Assembly (NCBI GenBank): GCA_964565195.1
Contig: CAZMCQ010000004.1
Coordinates: 133-64,132, forward strand
Source: an uncultured Candidatus Saccharibacteria bacterium
Lineage (GTDB): Bacteria; Patescibacteriota; Doudnabacteria; UBA920; 2-01-FULL-46-14
Length of the DNA stretch: 64,000 nt
Direction: 5' to 3'
Shown: piece after piece, positions 27,840-37,151 of the stretch
Numbering within the stretch: position 1 is the first letter of the stretch
Layout: every line of letters begins with the position of its first letter
Position numbers and translations under genes: made by a program
The notes under the pieces: model-generated
Database searches by the model: none
Seen by the model: the letters and a program-made list of their open reading frames with translations, nothing else
What the model was told of the DNA's origin: nothing

Positions 27840-30800
27840 TGGAGAAGGCCACTCACCAGAAGAAGTGCAGCGAATTATCCGCGAAGAGATCGCGGCTAAA
27901 TTTCGCAAACCAAAAGTAGATAAACAAGAACAGCCAGCGGCGGAAAAAATTGAAATTGCCGCGCCGCTGGTGGAATCCGAACTTCCGGCTCCAGAGCCGG
28001 AATTGCCCGCGCCAACCCTGCCGGAGAAAAAAGAGGAACTCCCGCCAGCTGCAAAATTCAAAACGGGTGACCGAGTTCGTCGGTATGTTGTTAGAGATAA
28101 AGACGAAAAGCCGGAGGTAGATCCGACCCCGCGGATCATTCGTGAAGTCAAGCTACGCCCAGGGATGCAAACTGCCTATGTTTTAAGTGACGGCAGTGAA
28201 ACCGTGGAGAGCTGGTTGGAAAAAGCGCCGGACGATGCGCTTGCCGCCAGCCAAGAAATTAAACCTCCTTCCAGCACAGAACCAAAAGTGGAAGCAGAAT
28301 CACAGCCCGAAAGAACTTTAGAACAAACCGTGGCCGAAGTGGCCAAGGATTTCTTCGCGGAGAAGGCCCGGCAGGCCAATTTGTCGGAAGACGAGCAGAG
28401 GCATCTGCGCGCGATGTATGACAAAATAGTTCGTGAAAAAGGTTTTATTGAAAAAGTTTCCGATGCGACGATAGGGAAAATAAAGCAACGGAAATATCTG
28501 GGGTGGGCGCCTGAATTTATCGCATCCGGTGTGAGCGGGTATATTCTTCGCAGCACGGTTCGAAGCGGTCTCGAAGCAGCAATATCACTAGGCACGGTCG
28601 GAACAGGCGCGGGCGTTGGCGCACTCGTCGGCGGCGCGATGGGTTCGTTTTCCGAATACCGGAAAGCAAGAAAAGAAGCGTACGGGGTTGCCAGTTGGGC
28701 TAAGGAGCTTGAAGGCAAGGACAACGTCGTTCTAGCCGGACAATATGAAGCCTTAAAACAAGCGATCGCTGACGCCAAAGTTAAGGGCAATGAAAATGAA
28801 GCTTGGGAACTCGTGATGAAGCTGCGCGATATTGGAACGAAACTGGCGCAGGAGGGGGGGCCTGAACAAATCTTTTCCCAAAGACTGGATGATGACAAAA
28901 CCACAGCCCTTACTGGCGCGCGCGGTGAGATCTATAAAAAAATGTTGGATACACGGAGCAAGCACATCAGAAGTAAAGCAGGCATAGGGCTTCTCAAAGG
29001 AGCGGCTATTGGAGCAGTCGGTGGAACCCTTGGCGCGCTTATCAGCGATTATGTCGCGGGGTGGCGGCATCTCGAGGATTTAAAGACGGCGAAAGCACCG
29101 GTCAATCAGGAGATAATCGATTATGTTCAAGACAGAGCAAGGGAGGCCAAAGAAGCAGCGATTGAGAGATCGCTCGACCATTCCATGGATCAGCTAGCGA
29201 GCCATTCCTTTACCCAGCATGTTCAGAGCGGAGAAGGACTTACGCATGTTGCCCGTGGCTTTATTCATGATTATCTGACACAGGATAACCGTATCAGACT
29301 TTCCCGCGAACAGCTTTTGTACGCGGAGGATTATTTGCAAAAGCATATGACCGACCATCTCCAGCCCGGCCAGGAATATGTACTGAAAGGTCAGCAAATT
29401 TTGGATGCCATCAGTGCCGCGCGAACTTTAACCGAAGATAAGATCGAAAATCTTAAGCAAAATTGGGTATCGAAAGTGGCGGAGAAAGTTTGGGATAGGA
29501 CGCAGGACTATAGCCAGACTTTCGACAGTACTAACCAATTTACGCAAGGATTTGTCAGGGAAGCCCAGGCGCAGGGCGAAGCGGCTGCGCAAAAATATCT
29601 CGATGAAGCCGCGGGAATGTCGCTTGAACAAATGGCAGAAGTTGCCAAAGCAGCCGGCGCGGCAGCGGCTACTGCCGAGCGCAATAATCTAATCATGAGA
29701 TACGTTGCGGGAGCCGTAGGTATAACCGCAGTCGGATTTGGAATAAAAAGAGCTTTTGATCGATTCCGCGCGCCAAAACAGGAAACAAAAACTTCGATGT
29801 TGGGACTGGATGACAAAAAGGGGCCGGAGCCAACCGAACCGCCACGGCCAGGGCCACAGCCTGCGCCCGACCAAGAACTTAGAGATATAATGGGATTGGA
29901 GCCAGAGGAACCACAACCGGTACCCCAAACGCCAAAGTCTGAGAACAAATCGCTGTTAGGATTTCTGAAGCGAAAGAAAGAGGGGCCGCAACTAGACAGG
30001 ACTGCACAGGAAGCAGCGCAAAAGGAAGCAGAAAAATTGGAAGAGGCAAAACAGGCGGCAGATCCGATTATTGCTTGGTACCAGAGCCAAGGATTAGAAG
30101 CAAAGCCAGGGGATGTGTATTACAGAGCAATTATTCCAGAAGACATCGGCAAAGCGAGTGCCAGCACCTTGAGTTTTTCGAATTACTCGGATTACAGGGC
30201 TCATATGGAAAGCCTTTCTCCGTATATAAGGGGTCGTGCGCTCCGTTATGATCGAGTTGGGCCTTTGAGTTCAGAAGAGTTTTGGGAGCAAAAGAATAAA
30301 TTATCTAAGTCAGCATTGACTGAATGGAGAACATCTTATAGCAAAATCCTTTTGGGTTTATATGAAGATAGATTTACGGGAAAGCCGGAATCGGTAATGA
30401 AAACGGAGGAGGAAATGAAGGCGATACGAAAAGAATTGGAAGATGAGTATGGTCTTTATTTTGCAGACGACTGGTCGGTAGGATATGACGCTAATTATTA
30501 TGCGGCGGAAAAAATAAAAGAAGTTTTGCCGAAGATTCCAAAAGAAAGACTAAACCGTGTACGTTTTAAGCCCGCATTAAAGAATGAAATTAGCAAAGAA
30601 GGGATAATTCTTTTCAATCCTGATGCAGGCCCTTCTGAACTCCAGAAGTATATTGGAGATATCGCGCTCGAAGCCGCAAATGTAATTAACACGAAAACTG
30701 AAGATGCCCGAGAGAAAATTTATGAGTTGGAGCGTACATATAATATAGAAGTTTACAGTACCGTCTATGGGGATAAATTTTTGAGAGCAGCGGAAGTTTT

Positions 30801-30987
30801 TAAAGAAGCATTAGCTGGTCAGACAAATTTGCCTTCAGATTTAGGATTTGCCATTTTGAATAGTCCAGAGGATTATCATTACAAAAATCGTATAAACCTC
30901 CTATGGAATATGACGTCGGAGGAAATGCGAACGGAAATAGCAAGATTTTTAGAAAATAAAAACAAAGAAGGGAATCAAAATGGCTGA
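27832..30987 (+). CDS. Giant (1051 aa) hypothetical protein: charged N-terminus, three glycine-zipper hydrophobic segments, a Pro-rich linker, and a C-terminal module of about 290 aa that is compositionally distinct (AT-rich).
   Basis: Segments AISLGTVGTGAGVGALVGGAMGSF, AGIGLLKGAAIGAVGGTLGALISDYVAGW, YVAGAVGITAVGFGI; linker KGPEPTEPPRPGPQPAPDQ...PEEPQPVPQTPK. GC drops from about 55% to about 37% after about 30060. Confidence 0.7.
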   Translation: MPDGEGHSPEEVQRIIREEIAAKFRKPKVDKQEQPAAEKIEIAAPLVESELPAPEPELPAPTLPEKKEELPPAAKFKTGDRVRRYVVRDKDEKPEVDPTPRIIREVKLRPGMQTAYVLSDGSETVESWLEKAPDDALAASQEIKPPSSTEPKVEAESQPERTLEQTVAEVAKDFFAEKARQANLSEDEQRHLRAMYDKIVREKGFIEKVSDATIGKIKQRKYLGWAPEFIASGVSGYILRSTVRSGLEAAISLGTVGTGAGVGALVGGAMGSFSEYRKARKEAYGVASWAKELEGKDNVVLAGQYEALKQAIADAKVKGNENEAWELVMKLRDIGTKLAQEGGPEQIFSQRLDDDKTTALTGARGEIYKKMLDTRSKHIRSKAGIGLLKGAAIGAVGGTLGALISDYVAGWRHLEDLKTAKAPVNQEIIDYVQDRAREAKEAAIERSLDHSMDQLASHSFTQHVQSGEGLTHVARGFIHDYLTQDNRIRLSREQLLYAEDYLQKHMTDHLQPGQEYVLKGQQILDAISAARTLTEDKIENLKQNWVSKVAEKVWDRTQDYSQTFDSTNQFTQGFVREAQAQGEAAAQKYLDEAAGMSLEQMAEVAKAAGAAAATAERNNLIMRYVAGAVGITAVGFGIKRAFDRFRAPKQETKTSMLGLDDKKGPEPTEPPRPGPQPAPDQELRDIMGLEPEEPQPVPQTPKSENKSLLGFLKRKKEGPQLDRTAQEAAQKEAEKLEEAKQAADPIIAWYQSQGLEAKPGDVYYRAIIPEDIGKASASTLSFSNYSDYRAHMESLSPYIRGRALRYDRVGPLSSEEFWEQKNKLSKSALTEWRTSYSKILLGLYEDRFTGKPESVMKTEEEMKAIRKELEDEYGLYFADDWSVGYDANYYAAEKIKEVLPKIPKERLNRVRFKPALKNEISKEGIILFNPDAGPSELQKYIGDIALEAANVINTKTEDAREKIYELERTYNIEVYSTVYGDKFLRAAEVFKEALAGQTNLPSDLGFAILNSPEDYHYKNRINLLWNMTSEEMRTEIARFLENKNKEGNQNG

Positions 30988-31285
30988 TCCAAACGCGCTA
31001 ACGTTGAAACTGCTTGCGGAGATGGGGGTGATGAACCCGACGCAGAAAATGGCGGATAATATAAAAGATCACTTTGAGAATGTGATCCTGGAAGTGTTTC
31101 TGCGCCGCGTGCCGGAAAATAAATTGCCGGAGATTCGCGCGAAAATGGAAGCCGACGATCCGGAGCTGCATGATTATTTTGCCGCGCTCGCGGCAGAGAC
31201 CCCGGGGCTTGCCGAAGAGCTGGAGGCCGCGGTCACCCGCGAGTATGCGGTGATGAAAGAAGCTCTGCAGACCGCGCCAAAATAG
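30980..31285 (+). CDS. Small (101 aa) acidic alpha-helical protein, translationally coupled (ATGGCTGA) to the giant protein; immunity/chaperone-like by position.
   Basis: ORF plus coupling; the composition returns to GC-rich. Confidence 0.55.
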   Translation: MADPNALTLKLLAEMGVMNPTQKMADNIKDHFENVILEVFLRRVPENKLPEIRAKMEADDPELHDYFAALAAETPGLAEELEAAVTREYAVMKEALQTAPK

Positions 31286-31294
31286 AAAGGCGAT

Positions 31295-33943
31295 TTACTT
31301 CTTCGCGACTGCCGCGATGCGCAAAGGGCGAAAGCTGATTTCGCCTTTTTTGGCGGAAACGTCAATGATGTCGCCGCGCTCGGCCTCGCCTTTGATCATG
31401 AGGAGCGCGAGCCGGTCGAGAATTTCCTTTTGGATGAGGCGTTTTAGCGGCCGCGCGCCGAAGATCGGGTCATAGCCCTTGTCCGAAAGCAGTTTTTTCG
31501 CGGGTGCACCAACCCGTAGCGTGAGGCCGTGCTCGAGGAGGCGGTCGGCGATCTGCTCGAGCTGCAGCTCCACGATTTTTTCGATGTGTTCTTTTTTCAG
31601 CGGATGGAAGATGATGATCTCGTCAATGCGGTTTAAGAATTCCGGCCGGAAGTGTTTGTGCAAAATATCCAAAACCCGCTCGCGCATCTGGGCCTCCGAG
31701 GCCTCGGCCTCCCCGCGGTTTTCCGAAAAACCCAGGACCTGGGTGCGGATCATCTCCGAACCGAGGTTCGAGGTCATGATGATGATCGTGTTTTTGAAAT
31801 TCACGGTCCGGCCTTTGGCGTCCGTGAGCTGCCCGTCATCCAGAATCTGCAGCAGGATGTTGAAGATCTCGGGGTGCGCCTTCTCGATCTCGTCGAAGAG
31901 GATGATGCTGTAGGGGCGCCGCCGCACAATTTCCGTAAGCTGGCCGCCCTCCTCGTAGCCAACATAGCCGGGCGGCGAGCCGATGAATTTCGCGACCGAA
32001 TGTTTTTCGCTGTATTCGGACATATCAATGCGCACGAGCGCTTTTTCGTCATTGAAGAGAAATTCGGCGAGCGCCTTGGCGGTCTCGGTTTTGCCGACGC
32101 CGGTCGGCCCCATGAAGATGAACGACCCGATCGGCCGTTTTTCCTCGGCAATGCCGGCGCGGGAGCGGCGGATGGCGTTGGAGATCGAGACAATGGCTTC
32201 ACCCTGGCCCACAATCCGTTTTTTGAGCTCCTTTTCCATGTTGGTGAGCTTGATGCTCTCGCTCTCCAGCATCTTCATGACCGGGATGCCGGTCCAGCGC
32301 GAGACGTTCTGGGCGATATCCTCTTCGGTTATTTTTTCGCGCAGGACCTTGGTTTTGCTCTGCAGTTTGATGAGCTCGCGCTCTTTGACCGTGATCTCGT
32401 TTTGCAATTTGGGCAGCAGGCCGTAGCGGATCTCGGCGACGCGGTTCAGGTCGCCCTCGCGTTCGGCGCGCTCGGCCTGCATCTTGAGATCGTCAATCCG
32501 GCTTTTGGCCTCGCGGATTTTCGCGATCACTTCTTTTTCCGCTTCCCAGTGCAGGCGCAGGGTGCGCGCCTGCTCCTGGGTTTCGGCGAGTTCCTTTTCC
32601 ACTTTTTTGCGGTTTTCCCCGCTCGACTCGGACTCCTCGTTTTTGAGCGCCTGTTTTTCGATCTCCAGCTTGCGGATTTTGCCGGTCAAGGTCTCCAGCT
32701 CCTCGGGCATGCTGTCAATCTGGAGGCGCAGATTGGACGCCGCCTCGTCAATGAGGTCAATGGCCTTATCCGGCAGATACCGGTCCGTGATGTAGCGGTG
32801 CGAAAGTTCGGCCGCGGCCACGAGCGCCTCGTCCGTGATCTTCACGCCGTGGTGCACCTCGTATTTTTCCTTGATGCCGCGCAGGATGGAAATCGTATCT
32901 TCCACGGATGGCTCGAAAATCGTGACCGGCTGGAAGCGCCGCTCCAAAGCCGCGTCTTTTTCAATGTATTTCTGGTATTCCTTGAGCGTGGTGGCGCCGA
33001 TGGCGTGCAGCTGCCCCCGCGCGAGCATGGGTTTGAGCATATTGGAGGCATCCAGGCCCCCCTCGGCCGCGCCGGCGCCCACGACCGTGTGCAGTTCATC
33101 AATAAAGAGAATGATCTTGCCGCTAGAGCGTTCGATCTCCCGCAGCACGGATTTCAGGCGCTGCTCAAATTCCCCGCGGAATTTGGCGCCGGCCAGCAGC
33201 GCGCCGAGGTCGAGGGCTAAGAGCATTTTATTTTTGAGACTTTCCGGCACGTCGCCGTCCGCGATGCGCTGCGCCAGGCCCTCCGCGACCGCCGTTTTGC
33301 CCACGCCCGGCTCGCCGATCAAAACCGGATTATTTTTCGTCCGGCGGGAAAGCACCTGCATCACGCGGCGGATTTCCGCGTCGCGGCCGATCACCGGATC
33401 GAGTTTGTTTTTGCGCGCGAGGTCCGTGAGATTCAGGGTGTATTTTTCCAGCGACTGATAGCTCTGCTCGGGTTCCTGATTGACCACGCGCTCTGACCCG
33501 CGGATCTCTTTCAGACTTTCCAGAACGTCGTCCGTTGAGAGGCCGAACTGCTCGAGGAGGTTTTTGGTCTGCCCGCCGCGCTCCAGAATGGCCAGAAACA
33601 AATGTTCGGTCGAGACATATTCGTCTTTGAGCTTCACGGCCTCTTTCATTGACTGCGTGAGCACTTCGTTCAGATTGCGCGTCACGTAAATCTGTCCCAG
33701 GCCCGAGGGAAAGGCCGAAATCTGCGGCAGGACGCGCAGGATTTTCTGGATTTGGTTTTCCAGGAGCCGCGTGTCCACTTTCATTTTTTCCAGGAGCGAG
33801 CCAATCACGCCGCCTTCCTGCTGGATGAGCGCCAGAAGCAGGTGAATGGTGTCCACCTGCTGGTGTTCAAAATCCGAGGCAATGGTCTGCGAAGAGGCGA
33901 TCGCTTCCTGGGCTTTTTGCGTGAATTTATCTAAGGGGATCAT
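31295..33943 (-). CDS. clpB: ATP-dependent chaperone ClpB.
   Basis: Two AAA+ modules ([15 protein letters not shown]; [15 protein letters not shown]), coiled-coil M-domain, N-domain; 882 aa. Confidence 0.95.
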   Translation of the reverse strand: MIPLDKFTQKAQEAIASSQTIASDFEHQQVDTIHLLLALIQQEGGVIGSLLEKMKVDTRLLENQIQKILRVLPQISAFPSGLGQIYVTRNLNEVLTQSMKEAVKLKDEYVSTEHLFLAILERGGQTKNLLEQFGLSTDDVLESLKEIRGSERVVNQEPEQSYQSLEKYTLNLTDLARKNKLDPVIGRDAEIRRVMQVLSRRTKNNPVLIGEPGVGKTAVAEGLAQRIADGDVPESLKNKMLLALDLGALLAGAKFRGEFEQRLKSVLREIERSSGKIILFIDELHTVVGAGAAEGGLDASNMLKPMLARGQLHAIGATTLKEYQKYIEKDAALERRFQPVTIFEPSVEDTISILRGIKEKYEVHHGVKITDEALVAAAELSHRYITDRYLPDKAIDLIDEAASNLRLQIDSMPEELETLTGKIRKLEIEKQALKNEESESSGENRKKVEKELAETQEQARTLRLHWEAEKEVIAKIREAKSRIDDLKMQAERAEREGDLNRVAEIRYGLLPKLQNEITVKERELIKLQSKTKVLREKITEEDIAQNVSRWTGIPVMKMLESESIKLTNMEKELKKRIVGQGEAIVSISNAIRRSRAGIAEEKRPIGSFIFMGPTGVGKTETAKALAEFLFNDEKALVRIDMSEYSEKHSVAKFIGSPPGYVGYEEGGQLTEIVRRRPYSIILFDEIEKAHPEIFNILLQILDDGQLTDAKGRTVNFKNTIIIMTSNLGSEMIRTQVLGFSENRGEAEASEAQMRERVLDILHKHFRPEFLNRIDEIIIFHPLKKEHIEKIVELQLEQIADRLLEHGLTLRVGAPAKKLLSDKGYDPIFGARPLKRLIQKEILDRLALLMIKGEAERGDIIDVSAKKGEISFRPLRIAAVAKK

Positions 33944-34049
33944 AATAATAAATGCAAAATTTAAAAATCAAAATGCAAAATGACAGTCGAAAATTAAACA
34001 TTTTGGATTTGGCATTGTCATTTTGATTTTTGCACTTTGCATTTTACAT
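33944..34049. repeat. Intergenic imperfect inverted-repeat element (family copy A).
   Basis: Arms aaaaatcaaaatgcaaaatgaca (33963-33985) and tgtcattttgatttttgcactttgcatttt (34017-34046). Confidence 0.6.
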
Positions 34050-34086
34050 TTAGCACTCAATTATGTCAACTGCTAATATATTAATT

Positions 34087-34248
34087 TTACCTTGTTTTGA
34101 TGAATTTGCCGTGAAACCGGCGGTGGATCTCCTTCAGGCGGCGATTGGTGACGTGCGTATAAACCTGCGTTGTGGTGATGGAGGCGTGGCCGAGAATTTC
34201 CTGAACAGACCGCAAATCCGCGCCCGCGGCGAGCAAATCCGTGGCCAT
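34087..34248 (-). pseudogene. Relic C-terminal fragment (53 codons) of a tyrosine recombinase/integrase (XerC/D-phage integrase family).
   Basis: Minus-strand translation [45 protein letters not shown] matches box II (LLxxGxDLRxVQxLLGHxxxxTTxxYTH with the catalytic Tyr). The frame is closed by TAA immediately upstream of the ATG, so the N-terminal roughly 250 aa are absent. Confidence 0.7.
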
Positions 34249-34348
34249 CGGCGGTTCTTTTTAGTTTCTACAAGTCATTGCGCACAATACCACAGTACCA
34301 CAAGATCGCGCATTTGCAAAGTGCTCCGGCATGTGGTAGAATCTATTT

Positions 34349-34618
34349 ATGCTTTCGCCGAAGGAAAAGGATAATATCATCAAGAAATTCCAGACGCATA
34401 AAGGCGACACGGGGTCGCCGGAAGTGCAGATCGCGATTTTGACCGAAGAAATCGACCAGGTTTCCGAGCATCTGAAAGAGCACCGCAAGGATAACCACTC
34501 GCGCCGCGGGCTTTTGAAGATGGTGGGCAACCGCCGCCGGCTGCTGCGGTACCTGCGCGATGAGGACAAGAAGCGCTACGAAAAGCTGACGGAACGACTG
34601 AAGATTAAAACGAAATAA
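34349..34618 (+). CDS. rpsO: 30S ribosomal protein S15.
   Basis: 89 aa; ...[17 protein letters not shown]...[19 protein letters not shown]... Confidence 0.95.
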   Translation: MLSPKEKDNIIKKFQTHKGDTGSPEVQIAILTEEIDQVSEHLKEHRKDNHSRRGLLKMVGNRRRLLRYLRDEDKKRYEKLTERLKIKTK

Positions 34619-34715
34619 TTAAGAGCGATACTGATATACCAATTCGTGCTCATGGTGCCAAGCAATTAGCATCATTGGTACGCATTCGTATATTGGCATC
34701 GCGAAAAAGGATTAA

Positions 34716-36899
34716 GTGATGCAGACAAAAGAATATTCCGTTACCGCGGAGATCGGAGGGAAGTCTTGGAATTTATCAGCCGGCAAGCTCGCCCTGCAGG
34801 CCTCGGGCTCGGTTTTGGCGCGGGTCGGCGACACCATGGTGATGGCGACGGTGGTGATGAGTCCGCAGCAGCGCGAAGGAATTGACTATCTGCCTTTGCT
34901 GGTGGACTATGAGGAGAAACTCTACGCCGCCGGCAAGATCAAGGGCTCGAGGTGGGTGAAGCGCGAAGGCCGGCCGTCGGATGAGGCGATTCTCTCGGGT
35001 CGCGTGATTGACCGCACCCTGCGCCCGATGTTTAACAGCAAAATTCGCAATGACATTCAGGTTGTCGTGACAGTCCTGTCTGTGGACGGCGAGAACGATC
35101 CGGATGTCATCGGCCTCTGCGCCGCCTCGGCCGCGGTCGAGGTTTCGGATGTGCCGTGGGATGGGCCGGTGGCCGGCGTGCGCGTCGGCAAGTTGAGCGG
35201 CGAATTTGTTTTGAATCCCTCCTTCAAACAAAAAGAGGAGCAAAGCACGCTTGACCTCATCGTCGCCGGAACCGCCGAGCACATCATCATGGTGGAAGCC
35301 GGTGCCAAGGAAGTGCCGGAAGACGAGATGATTGCCGCCGTGGAATTCGCGCAGAAAGAAATCGGCAAGATCATCGCGGTCATCAAGGAGCTGGCCGCCA
35401 AAGGCGGCGTCGTGAAGCGCGAGGTCGTGGTGTTTGTGCCGGACGCGGGAGTCGCGGAAAAGATGAAGGCCAAAGAGGCGGAATTTGCGAAAGTTTTATT
35501 TAATCCCGATAAAGACGCGCGCGAGCAGGGCCTTCGCGAGTTTACAGAAAACGCGGTGCAAGCGGTCGCCGGCGACGACGATAACCTGAAAGTGCATGTG
35601 AAATATCTGATCGAGGAGATGACCAAAGCGCTTATGCAGAAGAACATTCTCGAGCACGGCAGGCGCGTGGACGGCCGCGCGCTCGATGAGATCAGGGCCG
35701 TCACCTGCGAAGTGGGGTTGCTGCCGCGCGTGCACGGCTCGGGCCTGTTCCGCCGCGGCGAGACGCAGGTGCTGACCACGGTGACGCTTGGCGGCCCGGG
35801 CGATGAGCAGCTGCTCGAGGATCTCGATACAGTCGAGGAGCGCGGCAAACGCTATATCCATCACTACAACTTTCCGGCCTTTTCGGTCGGCGAGGTGGCG
35901 CCGATGCGTTCGCCGGGACGCCGCGAGATCGGCCACGGAGCGCTGGCCGAGCGCGCGCTCGAGCCCATGATCCCGAAAAAGGAAGATTTTCCCTACACGC
36001 TGCGGCTCGTGTCTGAAGTTTTGTCCTCCAATGGCTCGACCTCCATGGCTGCCACTTGCGGTTCCACGCTGGCCCTGATGGATGCCGGCATTCCGATCAA
36101 AGCGCCGGTTTCCGGCATTGCCATGGGCCTGGTTTTGGATACCGAGAGCGGGAAATATAAAATTTTGAGCGACATTCAAGGGGTGGAAGACGGCTCGGGA
36201 CATATGGATTTTAAGGTCGCCGGAACGAAAGGCGGCATCACAGCCCTGCAGCTGGATATCAAAGTTAAAGGGCTCACCGTGGCGATTCTCCGCGACGCGC
36301 TGGCGCAGGCGCATGCCGGCCGGCAGTTTATTTTGGAGAAAATTTTCGGTGCGATCGCGGCCCCGCGCCCGGAAATGTCGCCGTACGCGCCCCGCATCAC
36401 CTCGTTTATGATCAATCCGGACAAGATCCGCGACGTAATCGGGCCGGGCGGCAAGATCATCAACACGATCATTGCCGAGACGGGCGTGAAGATTGATATT
36501 GAGGATTCGGGGCTCGTGATGGTGACCTCAACAAACGCCGAGGCATCGGCAAGGGCAGTGGAGTGGATCAAAAACCTGGTGCGCGAGGTAAAACCGGGCG
36601 AGGTTTTTCAGGGCAAGATCACGCGTATCCTGGATTTCGGCGCGTTTGCCGAGATCCTGCCTGGCCAGGAGGGGCTGATCCATATCTCGGAACTCGAAAA
36701 TTATCGCGTGGAGAAAGTTACGGATGTCGTGAATATCGGCGACATCGTGCCGGTCAAGGTAAAAAATATCGACGAGATGGGCCGCATCAACCTCTCCCGC
36801 AGGGCGCTGCTGCCTGGCGCAGAGAATCATCCCGGGCGAAACCATCCGCCCCGAGACGATAGGCCGCGCGGGGGCAGGCGTTTCCTGGCTAGACATTGA
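34716..36899 (+). CDS. pnp: Polyribonucleotide nucleotidyltransferase (PNPase) with an unusual Arg/Pro/Gly-rich C-terminal tail.
   Basis: Two RNase PH domains, KH (GPGGKIINTIIAETG) and S1 (GEVFQGKITRILDFGAFAEI); rpsO-pnp synteny. Confidence 0.95.
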   Translation: MMQTKEYSVTAEIGGKSWNLSAGKLALQASGSVLARVGDTMVMATVVMSPQQREGIDYLPLLVDYEEKLYAAGKIKGSRWVKREGRPSDEAILSGRVIDRTLRPMFNSKIRNDIQVVVTVLSVDGENDPDVIGLCAASAAVEVSDVPWDGPVAGVRVGKLSGEFVLNPSFKQKEEQSTLDLIVAGTAEHIIMVEAGAKEVPEDEMIAAVEFAQKEIGKIIAVIKELAAKGGVVKREVVVFVPDAGVAEKMKAKEAEFAKVLFNPDKDAREQGLREFTENAVQAVAGDDDNLKVHVKYLIEEMTKALMQKNILEHGRRVDGRALDEIRAVTCEVGLLPRVHGSGLFRRGETQVLTTVTLGGPGDEQLLEDLDTVEERGKRYIHHYNFPAFSVGEVAPMRSPGRREIGHGALAERALEPMIPKKEDFPYTLRLVSEVLSSNGSTSMAATCGSTLALMDAGIPIKAPVSGIAMGLVLDTESGKYKILSDIQGVEDGSGHMDFKVAGTKGGITALQLDIKVKGLTVAILRDALAQAHAGRQFILEKIFGAIAAPRPEMSPYAPRITSFMINPDKIRDVIGPGGKIINTIIAETGVKIDIEDSGLVMVTSTNAEASARAVEWIKNLVREVKPGEVFQGKITRILDFGAFAEILPGQEGLIHISELENYRVEKVTDVVNIGDIVPVKVKNIDEMGRINLSRRALLPGAENHPGRNHPPRDDRPRGGRRFLARH

Positions 36900-36917
36900 A
36901 CAATTTTGCATTAACAA

Positions 36918-36970
36918 AACCCCCGGCATCATCGGTCCGATTAGGATTGGACCATCATGCGGGGGTTTTT
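36918..36970 (+). terminator. Rho-independent terminator after pnp.
   Basis: ACCCCCGGCATCATCGGTCC...GGACCATCATGCGGGGGT stem followed by TTTTT. Confidence 0.65.
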
Positions 36971-37151
36971 ACTCCTTGTGCATTGAAAAATGTTAATGGA
37001 AATTAGATCATGCTTTTGCCACGCCTGGGGCGTCGCTCATTTGTTTTTGTATTCAATTGTTAAGGTGCAGGCCCGATTTGCTTATAAGCAATTTCATAAT
37101 ATCCCCGGTACGCTAATTGGTCAAGATGAAAATGCCTGCTTTTAACTCCCT

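Noticed and set aside
31652-33220. 522-aa plus-strand ORF (and several others at 31479-33458) antisense to clpB. Similar long antisense ORFs lie inside pnp (35057-36932), the PBP gene (10325-11314), the kinase gene (14755-15678) and the surface-protein gene (7745-8104).
   Set aside because: They lie entirely inside well-supported genes on the opposite strand, have Arg/Ala/Gly-rich composition typical of GC-rich antisense frames, and have no motifs. I treat them as spurious.
34050-34076. A CIRCE/HrcA operator upstream of clpB.
   Set aside because: The left half is a perfect TTAGCACTC with the correct 9-nt spacer, but the right half (AACTGCTAA) matches only 7/9. I leave it as a weak possibility, not a call.
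34063-34374. 103-aa plus-strand ORF between clpB and rpsO.
   Set aside because: It overlaps the integrase relic on the other strand and runs into rpsO. There is no RBS and no motif. It is probably non-coding.
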